Assembly (NCBI GenBank): GCA_041686775.1
Contig: JAWLDG010000013.1
Span: 20,612 to 84,611, forward strand
Source: Luteolibacter sp.
GTDB lineage: Bacteria; Verrucomicrobiota; Verrucomicrobiia; Verrucomicrobiales; Akkermansiaceae
Direction of reading: 5' to 3'
DNA: 64,000 nucleotides
This document shows, piece after piece, positions 25,386 to 34,789 of the stretch. Below the pieces are notes generated by a model, which made no database searches, was not told the DNA's origin, and saw only the letters and a list, made by a program, of their open reading frames with translations. The first letter of the stretch is position 1. Every line of letters starts with the position of its first letter. Position numbers and translations under genes: made by a program.

Positions 25386-25574
25386 TCATGGGGAGTGCGG
25401 GACTTCGGCCCGCATTGGGTCGCCCGGAGTGCGACCCTCCTCAAGGCTCTCGAACTCACCGGCGCAGCAGGAGGCGAGTGCGGTGTAGCAGTCCTCGCAG
25501 ATCGGGCGGTCGTCGAAACGGATGGCCGTCGGTGCGCCGCAGCGCGAGCAGGGGGCGATGTTGTCGGGCGACAT
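25386..25574 (-). CDS. Small Cys-rich zinc-ribbon-like protein (62 aa)
   Basis: ORF 25386..25574. Paired CxxC motifs CSRCG...(13 aa)...CEDC. GC3-rich codons. It starts 21 nt after the stop of the upstream 302-aa gene. Confidence 0.5.
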   Translation of the reverse strand: MSPDNIAPCSRCGAPTAIRFDDRPICEDCYTALASCCAGEFESLEEGRTPGDPMRAEVPHSP

Positions 25575-25595
25575 GGGGAAAAGAACGTATGCGTT

Positions 25596-26504
25596 TCAGC
25601 GCACGGTGATGGCGACGCAGGCCTTGGCCTCGGGATCCTTGGCGGGGTCGGTTTTCCACGTCAGGGTGAAACCCGGCTGCAGCAGGTTGTCGCGGGTGGT
25701 TTCCATGGTGATTGCGGAGCCTTCCTGGGCGGTGATGACCATGCGCCGCGCCTCGTAGATGCCGGATTGCAGTTCCAGCTCGGCGATTCCGGGACCGTTG
25801 ACGGCGGCCAGCCCGCCTTCGACGGGTTCGGCGAGCTGATAGCGGGTTTCCGAGCCGTCGATGCGGCGCACGGTGAGGCGGTCGCTGCGGAATTCGCGGT
25901 GGAAGTCCCGGAGTTCGCGGCGGGCGGCGCGGTCGTCGTCGGGCGCGTCAATCAGTTTGTAGAGGGTTTCGAGATTGCCGCCGGTGAGCTGGGCCGGGAC
26001 TTTGATGGCGATGCCGAAGTGGTGGGGAGTTTTGGTTTCCTCCGGGTTGAGGAAGCGTCCGCCCATCACTAGGGTGCCGCGATTCTGGCGCAGCGTGTAT
26101 TCGAACTTCGCGCCGCCGGTGACTTCGCCGGTAATGGTGGTTTTTTCGAACTCGTCGGTGACTCCGTCCGGTGAGGTGAGCGAATTGTCCGCGATACGCC
26201 TCACGGTGGTTTTGCCATCTTCACCGGTGGCGATGAGTTGCGGGACGATTTCCAGCGTATAGGTGCCGCCGAGAAAAGTGGAGGACAGTCCGGAAGAGAG
26301 AGAGGGCATCAGCCGCACCTTCGACTGCGTGGTGATGCCGAACTCGATGTTCCGGTCCTTGTAGGTGGCGAAGTAGCCGAGCCGGTCGCCCTCGGTGATG
26401 GTGGGGAGTTGCGCGGAAACCGGAACGCTGCCGCTGGCCAGCACAAGGAAGACCGGGAAAATCCTGTGACGGGGGAAATGAAACATGTGCTCAACCAAGC
26501 GCAT
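25596..26504 (-). CDS. Secreted hypothetical protein
   Basis: ORF 25596..26504, with an alternative ATG at 26486. Signal peptide IFPVFLVLASGSVPVSAQ. No domain recognised. Confidence 0.65.
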   Translation of the reverse strand: MRLVEHMFHFPRHRIFPVFLVLASGSVPVSAQLPTITEGDRLGYFATYKDRNIEFGITTQSKVRLMPSLSSGLSSTFLGGTYTLEIVPQLIATGEDGKTTVRRIADNSLTSPDGVTDEFEKTTITGEVTGGAKFEYTLRQNRGTLVMGGRFLNPEETKTPHHFGIAIKVPAQLTGGNLETLYKLIDAPDDDRAARRELRDFHREFRSDRLTVRRIDGSETRYQLAEPVEGGLAAVNGPGIAELELQSGIYEARRMVITAQEGSAITMETTRDNLLQPGFTLTWKTDPAKDPEAKACVAITVR

Positions 26505-26535
26505 CGCATCCGGGCATGCCAGAGGAAAACGCCGG

Positions 26536-27615
26536 TCACAAGTAGCCGTGCAGGCCGTGCACGGTATCGTGGTCGAGTTTCCTCACCAGAGCGTTGACGA
26601 GCGATATCATGGCAAGGTGGTCGTCGAGATCGATGATCGAGTTGTGCGAATGGATGTAGCGGGCGGGCACGCCGAGCACCACGCTGGGTACGCCCTCGTT
26701 GGCGAGATGGAACGATCCTGCATCTGTGCCGCCGCTACGGCGCACGGTGACCTGGTGCGGGATGCCCTCGCTGACCGCGGTATCGATGGCGAGTCGGGCC
26801 AGCCGCGGGTGGGCGATGGCGCTGGGGTCGAACAGGCGGATCTGCACGCCGCCGCCGAGACGGCCCTGACACTCGGCGCGGTTGAATCCCGGAGTGTCGT
26901 CGGCGGGCGGGCCTTCGAGAATGATCGCGACATCCGGACGAGCGGCGACGGCTGCGGTTTTCGCGCCGCGCAGGCCCATTTCCTCCTGCACGGTGCCACA
27001 GACGATGAGGCGGTTCGGCAGCGCGGACTGGCTGAGGATTTGCCCGCATTGGATCACGCCGGCCATGCCCACGCGGTTGTCGAATGCCTTGGCCATGTAG
27101 AGGTTTTCCCGCGCCATCGGAGTGAACGATGAAACGGGCGCGATGGGATCGCCGAGTGCGATGCCGAAGGTTTCGGTGGCCTCGTTGCGGGAAGCAGCAC
27201 CGACGTCGATTAGCATCTTGTCGATGGCCAGCACTTCGCGGCGCTGGTTTTCCGGCAGGAAATGCGGCGGCTGCGAGCACACCACGCCGGGGATCTTGCG
27301 GCCGGTGCGGGTGAGGATCTCGACCCGCTGCGAGAGCAGGCTGTGCCCCCACCAGCCGCCCAGCGGGACGAAGCGCAGGAAACCCTCGGGCGTGATGCCT
27401 TGCACCATGAAACCGACCTCGTCCATGTGCCCGGCCACCAGCACCCGCGGACCTTCGGTGCCGCATTCGCAGAACACCGAGCCGTTGCGGTCGGTGGAGA
27501 GATCGCCGCACTCGGAAAGCTCGTCCACGAAGATCGCGCGGACCTCATCCTCGTGACCGGGAACGGCGTGGGCCTCGGTCAGTTCCTGCAACAGCGAAAG
27601 AGCCTTGTTTTTCAC
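26536..27615 (-). CDS. M42 family metallopeptidase (FrvX/aminopeptidase-like)
   Basis: ORF 26536..27615. Sequences LLQELTEAHAVPGHEDEV, GHMDEVGFMV and AFDNRVGMA are typical of M42. Confidence 0.85.
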   Translation of the reverse strand: MKNKALSLLQELTEAHAVPGHEDEVRAIFVDELSECGDLSTDRNGSVFCECGTEGPRVLVAGHMDEVGFMVQGITPEGFLRFVPLGGWWGHSLLSQRVEILTRTGRKIPGVVCSQPPHFLPENQRREVLAIDKMLIDVGAASRNEATETFGIALGDPIAPVSSFTPMARENLYMAKAFDNRVGMAGVIQCGQILSQSALPNRLIVCGTVQEEMGLRGAKTAAVAARPDVAIILEGPPADDTPGFNRAECQGRLGGGVQIRLFDPSAIAHPRLARLAIDTAVSEGIPHQVTVRRSGGTDAGSFHLANEGVPSVVLGVPARYIHSHNSIIDLDDHLAMISLVNALVRKLDHDTVHGLHGYL

Positions 27616-27670
27616 TGCGCGAAACTGAGTGAGGCCGCGGGCTCTTCCAAGCTCCGAGTTGGGCGGATGA

Positions 27671-29929
27671 TCATTCGTCGGCTGAATGAATCACGACTTC
27701 CTCGTCCTTGTGCAGATCGAGTCGCCAAACGCCTGGTCCCGCGGCTTCAAGTGCGATGGCGCGAGGTCCATCGATGCGCAGGGGGCCGGTCATGTCGTGC
27801 CGGATCGAGCAGGGTTCGCCGGCGAGGCTTTTGATGTGGATCCACCGGGTTTTGCCATTGGCGCGCTTCGCGGAAACGAGAAACGCGCCTTCCGCCCGGA
27901 GGTCGTGGAACTCGACATCCTTCCAGGCGGTGGGCAGCGCGGGGAAAACGCGGATCGGCCCGGGTTCGTCTTTCGCGGGATCACTCCAGCTTTGCAGCAG
28001 CATGTTCTGGATGATGTTGGCGGCGGCGAGAGTGGATTCGATGCACGGACTTTCATACCACAGGCCGTTGGGATGAAGGTCACCTTGCAGCCGCCGAAGG
28101 CTGATGAGCGATTCATCGCCCAGGCCGAGCGCGGCTCCGATCGGACCGGCGTGGGCCTGGACCATCGCCTGGCGCTGGCCGGGACCGGCGGTGGCGAGCG
28201 CCCGGTGGAACGATCGCTTCATGACGTCCATGGTGCCGGGTTGGTCGATGTTCACGAGATGGAGCGGATAGATCATCAGCAGATGGGAAAAATGCTGGTG
28301 GTTTTCCGATGAGGTCTGGTCACTGCCTAGCCGGAAACCATGCTCGTCCGCGGGAAAGTCAGGCAACTTGCGTATCACCTCGCGCCAGCGTGGGATGAGC
28401 GGGTCGTCGATGCCCAGCCGGGCGCTGGATTTCAGCAGCGTATGGCAGCCCCACTTGAGCAGGGCGAGATCGAAGTTGCAGTCGGCGTAGGTTCCCAGTT
28501 CCGGCGAGAATGTCGGCGGCAGCCGCAGCGTGCCGTCCGCTTCCTCGACAATCATGTGGAGATACAAATTGACCGCCCGGCGCAGGAGCGGATGGATCTT
28601 TTCGCGCAGCATCGCGTCGTCCATCGAGTATCGGTATTGCCACCATGCGTTGTGCATCGTCCATGGCAGGTTGCCGACGAGATCTTTATAACGCATGTCG
28701 TCGTCGCGGCTGCCGCGCAGGTCGCCGGCCACCGCGAGCGCGAGGTATGCGCTATCCTTCTGCCACTCGACCGGTCTGACGGCTTCAATGAGGTTTCCGC
28801 GGTGCTGGTGAAGGCGGTTCACGAGTTCCATTCCCTGATCGAGGCGATTGGCGGCATAGACCGGCCAGTGACCGCTTTGGATATTCCAATCCATGGTGAA
28901 ATACGGCCAGGAGAAACCCTGGAACCAAAGTCCGGCGGTGTCCACCATGCCGCGTCCGGTGCGGGAGATGCAGCCGAAACGATACACCGTCCGCCAGTAA
29001 AGCGCTTCCAGATCCCTGTCAGGTATGGAGACATGACTCTGCGGATAATAACCATGCCACCACGCCCGGTGCGATTCGGTCCGGAACTCCGGATCTTTTG
29101 TTAAAAAGTCTTCCACCTCCGCCACCGCCACGCGCGCCGCGTTCTTTTCCGGGAAGCTGTTGGCAATGGAGGCGACAAGGGTGCGTGAGTCGCCATCCGC
29201 GCGTTCGGTCCATGCGGTGGCGTATTGCCCGCCGGCGAGCAGGTCCTGGATCCAGACGGACACCCTGCCGTGTGTTTCAAGCCGTCCTGCGGGATTCGGC
29301 TGCCATGGTGCTTTCAGGGTGTTCCGATAGTGTTCGCCGTATTTTTTCGCGAAAGCGGCCAGTTCGCCATCATTGTCCGGATATCCGGGCCTGGTGGTCC
29401 GTGCCTCCACGGGATGCCACGACCACTGGAATCCCTTCTCGCCCGCGTCGGGCGTGAGTTCGGTGACGATGACCATGTCCTCCGCGTGGGTGTAATGGCG
29501 GATGCGGATTTTCCCCTTGTCGGTGGTGATCGTGCCGGTCAACTCGGCATTCCACAGGTCCTTGCGCCAATCGCATCCCGTCGGCGTTCCCACGGTGTGC
29601 AGCAGGAAATGCCCGATCTGCAGGCGCGGTCGGCTGTAGGCCGTCCAGCTCCATGACTCGGAATCGCGGCGATCGTGCACATCCGCGCGGAAGACCTGGA
29701 GTTTGATCGCATTGCCGTTCCGGTAGAGCATCGAGCCGATCATCGCATTGCCGAAATGCGGCGCTTCGGTCCAGACATGCGGAAGCTTTTCGAAGATCAT
29801 GTCGTGCCGCTTGAGAAACGACGCCCAATCGATCGTCGGCTCGCTTCTGTCGGGCCCGGCGCATAGCATCGATCCAGAGAACAGACCAATGCATGAAAGC
29901 AGCATGCGGCGTATTGATTTCCCAGTCAT
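27671..29929 (-). CDS. Secreted (alpha/alpha)6 glycoside hydrolase, GH95-like
   Basis: ORF 27671..30100. I prefer the ATG at 29929 (MTGKSIRRMLLSCIGLFSGSMLCA is a signal peptide). GH95-like motifs by eye: FTMDWNIQSGHWP, HQHFSHLLMIYPL, and VFPALPTAWKDVEFHDLRAEGAFLVS. Confidence 0.6.
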   Translation of the reverse strand: MTGKSIRRMLLSCIGLFSGSMLCAGPDRSEPTIDWASFLKRHDMIFEKLPHVWTEAPHFGNAMIGSMLYRNGNAIKLQVFRADVHDRRDSESWSWTAYSRPRLQIGHFLLHTVGTPTGCDWRKDLWNAELTGTITTDKGKIRIRHYTHAEDMVIVTELTPDAGEKGFQWSWHPVEARTTRPGYPDNDGELAAFAKKYGEHYRNTLKAPWQPNPAGRLETHGRVSVWIQDLLAGGQYATAWTERADGDSRTLVASIANSFPEKNAARVAVAEVEDFLTKDPEFRTESHRAWWHGYYPQSHVSIPDRDLEALYWRTVYRFGCISRTGRGMVDTAGLWFQGFSWPYFTMDWNIQSGHWPVYAANRLDQGMELVNRLHQHRGNLIEAVRPVEWQKDSAYLALAVAGDLRGSRDDDMRYKDLVGNLPWTMHNAWWQYRYSMDDAMLREKIHPLLRRAVNLYLHMIVEEADGTLRLPPTFSPELGTYADCNFDLALLKWGCHTLLKSSARLGIDDPLIPRWREVIRKLPDFPADEHGFRLGSDQTSSENHQHFSHLLMIYPLHLVNIDQPGTMDVMKRSFHRALATAGPGQRQAMVQAHAGPIGAALGLGDESLISLRRLQGDLHPNGLWYESPCIESTLAAANIIQNMLLQSWSDPAKDEPGPIRVFPALPTAWKDVEFHDLRAEGAFLVSAKRANGKTRWIHIKSLAGEPCSIRHDMTGPLRIDGPRAIALEAAGPGVWRLDLHKDEEVVIHSADE

Positions 29930-30059
29930 GATCACTAGGCGGTTTTCAACCGTGTTCGCGGCTTTGTCCAACGAATCCCCCCGGGCATCGACACGCAAAA
30001 GCCGGGAAAGAGAATATCGTCTCGACGCGTTTCGGGAAAATCCCCATTTCCAAACCCGC

Positions 30060-31640
30060 ATGAAACTACCCGACCGGGACTCCTCATCATTTTTCCGCAT
30101 TGGAACGATTGCCCGTCATTTCATACTCGCCTGTGCGATCGCGCATCACGCGGATGCCGCGGAAAAGCCGAATGTCATCGTGATCATGGCCGACGATCTC
30201 GGCTACGGTGATGTTTCCTGCTACGGCGCCACGGCGCTCAAGACCCCGCACATCGACCAACTCGCCGCGGAAGGCCGGCGCTTCACCAGCGGTTATTGCT
30301 CGGCATCCACCTGCACGCCGACGCGCGTTTCATTTCTCACAGGCACCTATGCCTTCCGCACCAAGGGCACCGGCATCGCACCGCCCAACGGCAAGCTGAC
30401 GATCCCTCCGGACACCATGACCATCGCCGATCTCGCCAAGTCCGCGGGCTACCAAACCGCCGTGATCGGCAAGTGGCACCTCGGACTGGGTGGTCCGTCG
30501 GGCCCGGAATGGAACGGCGAAATCAAACCCGGTCCGCTCGAAATCGGCTTCGACCATGCCTTCCTGCTCCCCACCACCAACGACCGCGTGCCGCAGGTCT
30601 ATCTCGAAAACCACCGGGTAGTCGGGCTCGATCCGGCCGATCCGCTGTGGGTGGGTGACAAAAAACCGTCCCCGGACCATCCCACCGGCATCACTCACCG
30701 TGACACTTTGCGCATGGATTGGTCGCACGGCCACAATGGCACCATTCACAATGGCATCAGCCGCATCGGCTTCTACACCGGCGGGCATGCCGCGCGCTTC
30801 CGCGACGAGGATCTGGCCGACATGTGGATCGGAAAATCCAACGCATGGATCGAGGCGAACCGCGACCAGCCGTTCTTCCTGTTCTTCGCCTCGCACGATC
30901 TCCACGTGCCGCGCATGCCGCACGAGAGGTTCCAGGGCAAAAGCGGGCTCGGCTATCGCGGCGACTCGATCCTGCAACTCGACTGGTGCGTCGGCGAGTT
31001 GATGAAAACGCTCGACCGTCTCGGCCTCGCCGAAAAAACGCTGGTGGTTTTCTGCTCCGACAACGGACCGGTCATGGACGACGGATACAAGGACGAAGCC
31101 TTGGAAAAACTCGGCGACCACCGCGCCGCCGGGCCGTTCCGGGGTGGAAAATACAGCGTCTATGAAGGCGGCACGCGCACTCCCTTCATCACGCGCTGGA
31201 AAGGCCGCGTCGAGCCGGGCGCTTCCGACGAAATCGTCTGCACCATCGATCTCGCCGCCAGTTTCGCCGCGATCACCGGTACGCCGTTGCCGGGCGACTC
31301 GTTTCTCGACAGCTTCGATGTCTCCGGCGTGCTGCTGGGAAGCCCCGGTGCGAAGGGCCGTGAACACCTCATCCAGCAGGACAACGGCGAAAAGGGGAAC
31401 TACGGCTTCCGCGCGGGAAACTGGAAACTCCTGCGCCATGACTCGAAGACCACGCGCAACCGAGAGGTCGAGCGCCAACTCACCAACAACCCCGTGCCGC
31501 GCTTCATGTTGTTCGATCTCGCGAAGGATCCCGGTGAAACGACCAACGTCATCAAGGAACATCCAGAAGTCGCGGAACCCATGAAACAACGACTCGAAGG
31601 ATATGTCGAATCCGGCCGCAGCCGACCCGCTGCGGAATGA
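30060..31640 (+). CDS. Sulfatase (S1 family, Cys-type formylglycine site)
   Basis: ORF 29748..31640. I prefer the ATG at 30060. Sequence PNVIVIMADDLGYGDVSCYG and the sulfatase signature CSASTCTPTRVSFLTG (C-x-P-x-R). Confidence 0.9.
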   Translation: MKLPDRDSSSFFRIGTIARHFILACAIAHHADAAEKPNVIVIMADDLGYGDVSCYGATALKTPHIDQLAAEGRRFTSGYCSASTCTPTRVSFLTGTYAFRTKGTGIAPPNGKLTIPPDTMTIADLAKSAGYQTAVIGKWHLGLGGPSGPEWNGEIKPGPLEIGFDHAFLLPTTNDRVPQVYLENHRVVGLDPADPLWVGDKKPSPDHPTGITHRDTLRMDWSHGHNGTIHNGISRIGFYTGGHAARFRDEDLADMWIGKSNAWIEANRDQPFFLFFASHDLHVPRMPHERFQGKSGLGYRGDSILQLDWCVGELMKTLDRLGLAEKTLVVFCSDNGPVMDDGYKDEALEKLGDHRAAGPFRGGKYSVYEGGTRTPFITRWKGRVEPGASDEIVCTIDLAASFAAITGTPLPGDSFLDSFDVSGVLLGSPGAKGREHLIQQDNGEKGNYGFRAGNWKLLRHDSKTTRNREVERQLTNNPVPRFMLFDLAKDPGETTNVIKEHPEVAEPMKQRLEGYVESGRSRPAAE

Positions 31641-31996
31641 TATCATCTATCATTATTTGTCTTCGGAGGACCGGCCGAGCCACGCGAGGAACTCGCGGTT
31701 GCCGTCGGTGCCGGTGCGGATGATCGTGGTGTCGGTTGATGGGTCGGATGATGCCGATTGCATACACAGACACGTATGCTTCATATGCTGCGGCTCGGCT
31801 AGCGCCCCTCGGTTGAGCGCTTACGACGATTCGAGGCGGAGGGCATTTGCGGCGGGTGGGGTTTGGGAATGCGATCTAACAGATTATGATATTAAAAACC
31901 AAGGTCTGCCCAGAATGGTGCCCAGAATGGCACGGGATTGAGCAGAGTTTCGGCTGCCAATCGGGTGGCTCTACGGGGACTTCCGCCACTTCATGG

Positions 31997-32170
31997 GGGC
32001 AGGTGGTGCGCCGCCATCTCACCGCGGCCGGAGTGCTGGCCAAGGGTGGCCCGCACCTGCTGCGGCATGCCTGCGCCACCCACATGTTGGACCACTGCGC
32101 GGACCTGCGGACCATCCAGACGCTGCTCGGCCATTCGCGGGTGGACACCACCGAAATCAATACCCACGGT
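31997..32170 (+). pseudogene. C-terminal remnant of a tyrosine recombinase/integrase (XerC/D-phage integrase family)
   Basis: Within ORF 31886..32263. [41 protein letters not shown] matches the HxLRH...LLGH...TT.IYTH box, but Asn sits where the catalytic Tyr should be. No N-terminal or core domain lies upstream. Confidence 0.7.
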
Positions 32171-32306
32171 CTCCACCGGGCGGCTCAACCGTGTCCACCA
32201 CCGAACCCACCCAAGGGGGTGACCCGCCGTGGAAATCTGCGAGGCGGAGGAAAAAAGCGCTGAGCAGGGACAGCCGGTGGCGCTCTAACAGGCACTTCGT
32301 TCCCGC

Positions 32307-33530
32307 TCACTTCATCTGCCGGCGCAGTTCGGTAATGCCGTCGCGGATTCCGAAGGCCGTACTGCGGATGTGGGCGAGCGCGGCGCGTTGGTCCGGGTCT
32401 TCCTCGGTATCGATCAACTGCTGGCAGGCGGCCACCGCCTCGTTGAGCCAGTTGAGACAGCGCTTGAGCACGGCGAGCACATAGCCGGTCTCCGGCTCGT
32501 AGCCGCTGTCGCGGTCATTGAGCGCCCCGGCGAGTTTGCCGCTCACCTGCAGCAGGTTGGAAACCAGCTTGTATTCGGCCGTTCCAGGCCCCTTGTCGCC
32601 GGGCACCACGTCCATTGCCAGCAAGGCCAGCTCCTGGGCTTCGGACTGCAGCGGATGGCTGCGGTCGCGACCGAACGGATCGCCTTCGGAATCCTCGTAG
32701 TCGTCCGATTCCTCATCCTCCTCCGAGTCCGTGAAATCCTCGTCGTCCACGCCGAATTCCCCGTCGTCGAACAACTCGTCGTCGCCCGCCTCGTCGCGGT
32801 CCGCCATCGCATCCAGCAGCCCGTCCCAGCCCATCACGAATGCCTCCTTCCGCTCGCTGTCGGGGTCGTCCATGTACTTTTCCAGGACCTCCTGATAGGC
32901 GTCGGTGAGGCGGTCGGACTCCTTGAGGCGTTCCTCCCACTCGAACTCGTTGAGCTCGTCCGGATACTTGTCGTCGGATGGCGAGGGCTCGCGGCGGCGG
33001 ATCACCTGCTCCATGGAATCCCGCATCGCGTTCAGGTTGGCGAGCTTCTGCGCCTCCTCCGCATCCTCGTCCATCCGCCACTCGTGCGGGGAAACCTCCA
33101 GCCGGTAGCCCGCCGACTCGATCAGCACCCGGCCGTCCGCGTCACTGAACCATTCGAGGTAGAGCGTGTTTTTCCACTCGAAGGGAATCGCCTCGCCGTT
33201 CTCGTGGAGTCGGTTGAACTCGTCGTCGCCCACCGCGGCCACTCGGTTCTTGCGCGAGGCCGTGATGTCGCCGACCACGCCCTTCTGCCGCGTGGCCAGG
33301 CCGGAGAGATCGCATTCCAGTTTGGGAGAGGGGTTTTCGAAGCGCAGCCGCGTGCCGGCCAGATCGCGCCAGCAATCGCCATCCAGTTCGAGTTCCAGAG
33401 GCTCGGCGCGGCCCAGTAGCCAGATCCGTCCGGTCGTGTGTCCCTCCACGGTGTTGTCGATCTCACCGTGGGTGACCGCTTCGTCGATGCGCCATGCCAT
33501 GCGCGGGATGTTCCGCAAGCCGGTCGCCAC
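32307..33530 (-). CDS. Hypothetical protein with an extremely acidic central region
   Basis: ORF 32307..33530, with an alternative ATG at 33500 (MAWRIDE...). The central D/E-rich tract is DDELFDDGEFGVDDEDFTDSEEDEESDDYEDSEGD. The N- and C-terminal parts look globular and helical. Confidence 0.6.
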   Translation of the reverse strand: MATGLRNIPRMAWRIDEAVTHGEIDNTVEGHTTGRIWLLGRAEPLELELDGDCWRDLAGTRLRFENPSPKLECDLSGLATRQKGVVGDITASRKNRVAAVGDDEFNRLHENGEAIPFEWKNTLYLEWFSDADGRVLIESAGYRLEVSPHEWRMDEDAEEAQKLANLNAMRDSMEQVIRRREPSPSDDKYPDELNEFEWEERLKESDRLTDAYQEVLEKYMDDPDSERKEAFVMGWDGLLDAMADRDEAGDDELFDDGEFGVDDEDFTDSEEDEESDDYEDSEGDPFGRDRSHPLQSEAQELALLAMDVVPGDKGPGTAEYKLVSNLLQVSGKLAGALNDRDSGYEPETGYVLAVLKRCLNWLNEAVAACQQLIDTEEDPDQRAALAHIRSTAFGIRDGITELRRQMK

Positions 33531-33761
33531 CCGTCAAGCGACCAACCGCCCGGATCTCGCCGAATTTTATGCTTCCGCCAACCAGCACGAAAACCCAGCA
33601 ACCGACGCCGTCCGAAAAAATGTCTCACCTGAGACATTCATTTCGGCAATCCATTCACTACCATTTATTTGCATTTGTTTTTCTAATAATTTCAAAACTT
33701 CTGATTTTGCATACGATCCTCACGAATGGTTGTCTGGATGCAGCCAATTGTGTGTCCGCGC

Positions 33762-34235
33762 TCAATAAATCCGTCGGTCGGGCATGGCCATGTATTCGCG
33801 GAGCAATTCCATGGCCTCGCCGCGGCAGACTTCGGTGGATGGAATCGCGCGCTCGGACGGTGGCAAGGTCATCTGGTGGTGGAACTCGTGGTCATCGAAT
33901 CCCGCCACCGCCGCATCGGCCACTCCGAAGCCATGATGAACCGCCCGGATGCGCGCCCAGTGGATGGCGCCCAGGCACATCGGGCACGGTTCGCCGGTGG
34001 TGAAAATCTCGCATCCTTCCAGCGAAAACGAGCCGATGCGAGCGCAGGCGTCGCGGATCGCGAGAATCTCGCCGTGGGCGGTAGGATCGTGGGTCGCGAG
34101 CACCCGGTTCCAACCCTCACCGATAATCTCGCCATCCCGCACCACCACCGCGCCGAAGGGCCCGCCGTCACCACGGTGCATGCCCTGCCGCGCCAGTTCG
34201 ATGGCGCGCATCATGTGGGATTTCTCGGTATCCAT
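33762..34235 (-). CDS. CMP/dCMP-type zinc deaminase (guanine/nucleoside deaminase-like)
   Basis: ORF 33762..34271. I prefer the ATG at 34235 (MDTEKSHMMRAIELA). Zinc motifs are HGE (PTAHGEILAI) and PCPMC. Confidence 0.85.
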   Translation of the reverse strand: MDTEKSHMMRAIELARQGMHRGDGGPFGAVVVRDGEIIGEGWNRVLATHDPTAHGEILAIRDACARIGSFSLEGCEIFTTGEPCPMCLGAIHWARIRAVHHGFGVADAAVAGFDDHEFHHQMTLPPSERAIPSTEVCRGEAMELLREYMAMPDRRIY

Positions 34236-34306
34236 GCCAACAAGGTTGTCATGTCCCCGGTGCCGGCGCAAGGGCAGGGCGGATCATCACGGGTTGACCC
34301 TCCGGC

Positions 34307-34789
34307 GTGCGGGTGCGAGTTTTGCGAATCATGCCCGAGAGCGCTCGTCATTGCGAAATCCCGCCACCTTTCAGCCGCGGCTGGATCGCGTTTCTCGCGC
34401 ATTTCCTCATCATCCTCGCCGCGTGGACGCTGGTCATCAAATACCTCTTCCCGATCGCCTATGCGGCGGTCAAGGGCCTGCCGCTGACGACTCATGTGTT
34501 CTGGGACCTGTGGCCGGTGTTTCATGTATGGCTGGCATGGTTGCTCCTGTGTTGGAAAAACCACACCCGTCCCGTCGCCATCGGGATGTCCGTCATCGAG
34601 ATCGTCATCATCGTCACACTGTTTTACCGATTCCTGAGCGGCCCCGATCCAGAGTGGACGATCTGGCGGACCAATTGGTTCATCAACAAGGTCTTCGTGC
34701 TTACTTGTTTCATCCTCATCCTCGGCACCTTTGTAATAACTCCGCGCCGTGCCGCGATATCTGACAAACCAACCCCATCCCCATCATGA
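34307..34789 (+). CDS. Hypothetical polytopic membrane protein
   Basis: ORF 34307..34789, with a possible start at 34331. About 4 hydrophobic helices. Its stop overlaps the next ATG (ATGA at 34786-34789). Confidence 0.6.
   Translation: MRVRVLRIMPESARHCEIPPPFSRGWIAFLAHFLIILAAWTLVIKYLFPIAYAAVKGLPLTTHVFWDLWPVFHVWLAWLLLCWKNHTRPVAIGMSVIEIVIIVTLFYRFLSGPDPEWTIWRTNWFINKVFVLTCFILILGTFVITPRRAAISDKPTPSPS

Noticed and set aside
30330-31646. 438-aa minus-strand ORF
   Set aside because: It is antisense to the sulfatase gene, which has the canonical CxPxR signature. The composition is artefactual.
31655-31790. Short minus-strand ORF MKHTCLCMQSASSDPSTDTTIIRTGTDGNREFLAWLGRSSEDK* convergent with the sulfatase gene
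   Set aside because: It is only 43 codons with no recognisable motif and mixed composition. It could be a remnant, but I cannot support it as a gene.
31650-33675. CATTATTTG (about 31650) and CATTTATTTG (about 33665) as possible att-like direct repeats flanking the integrase remnant
   Set aside because: The repeats are short, imperfect and AT-rich, and cannot be distinguished from chance. There is no tRNA or intact integrase to anchor an island boundary.
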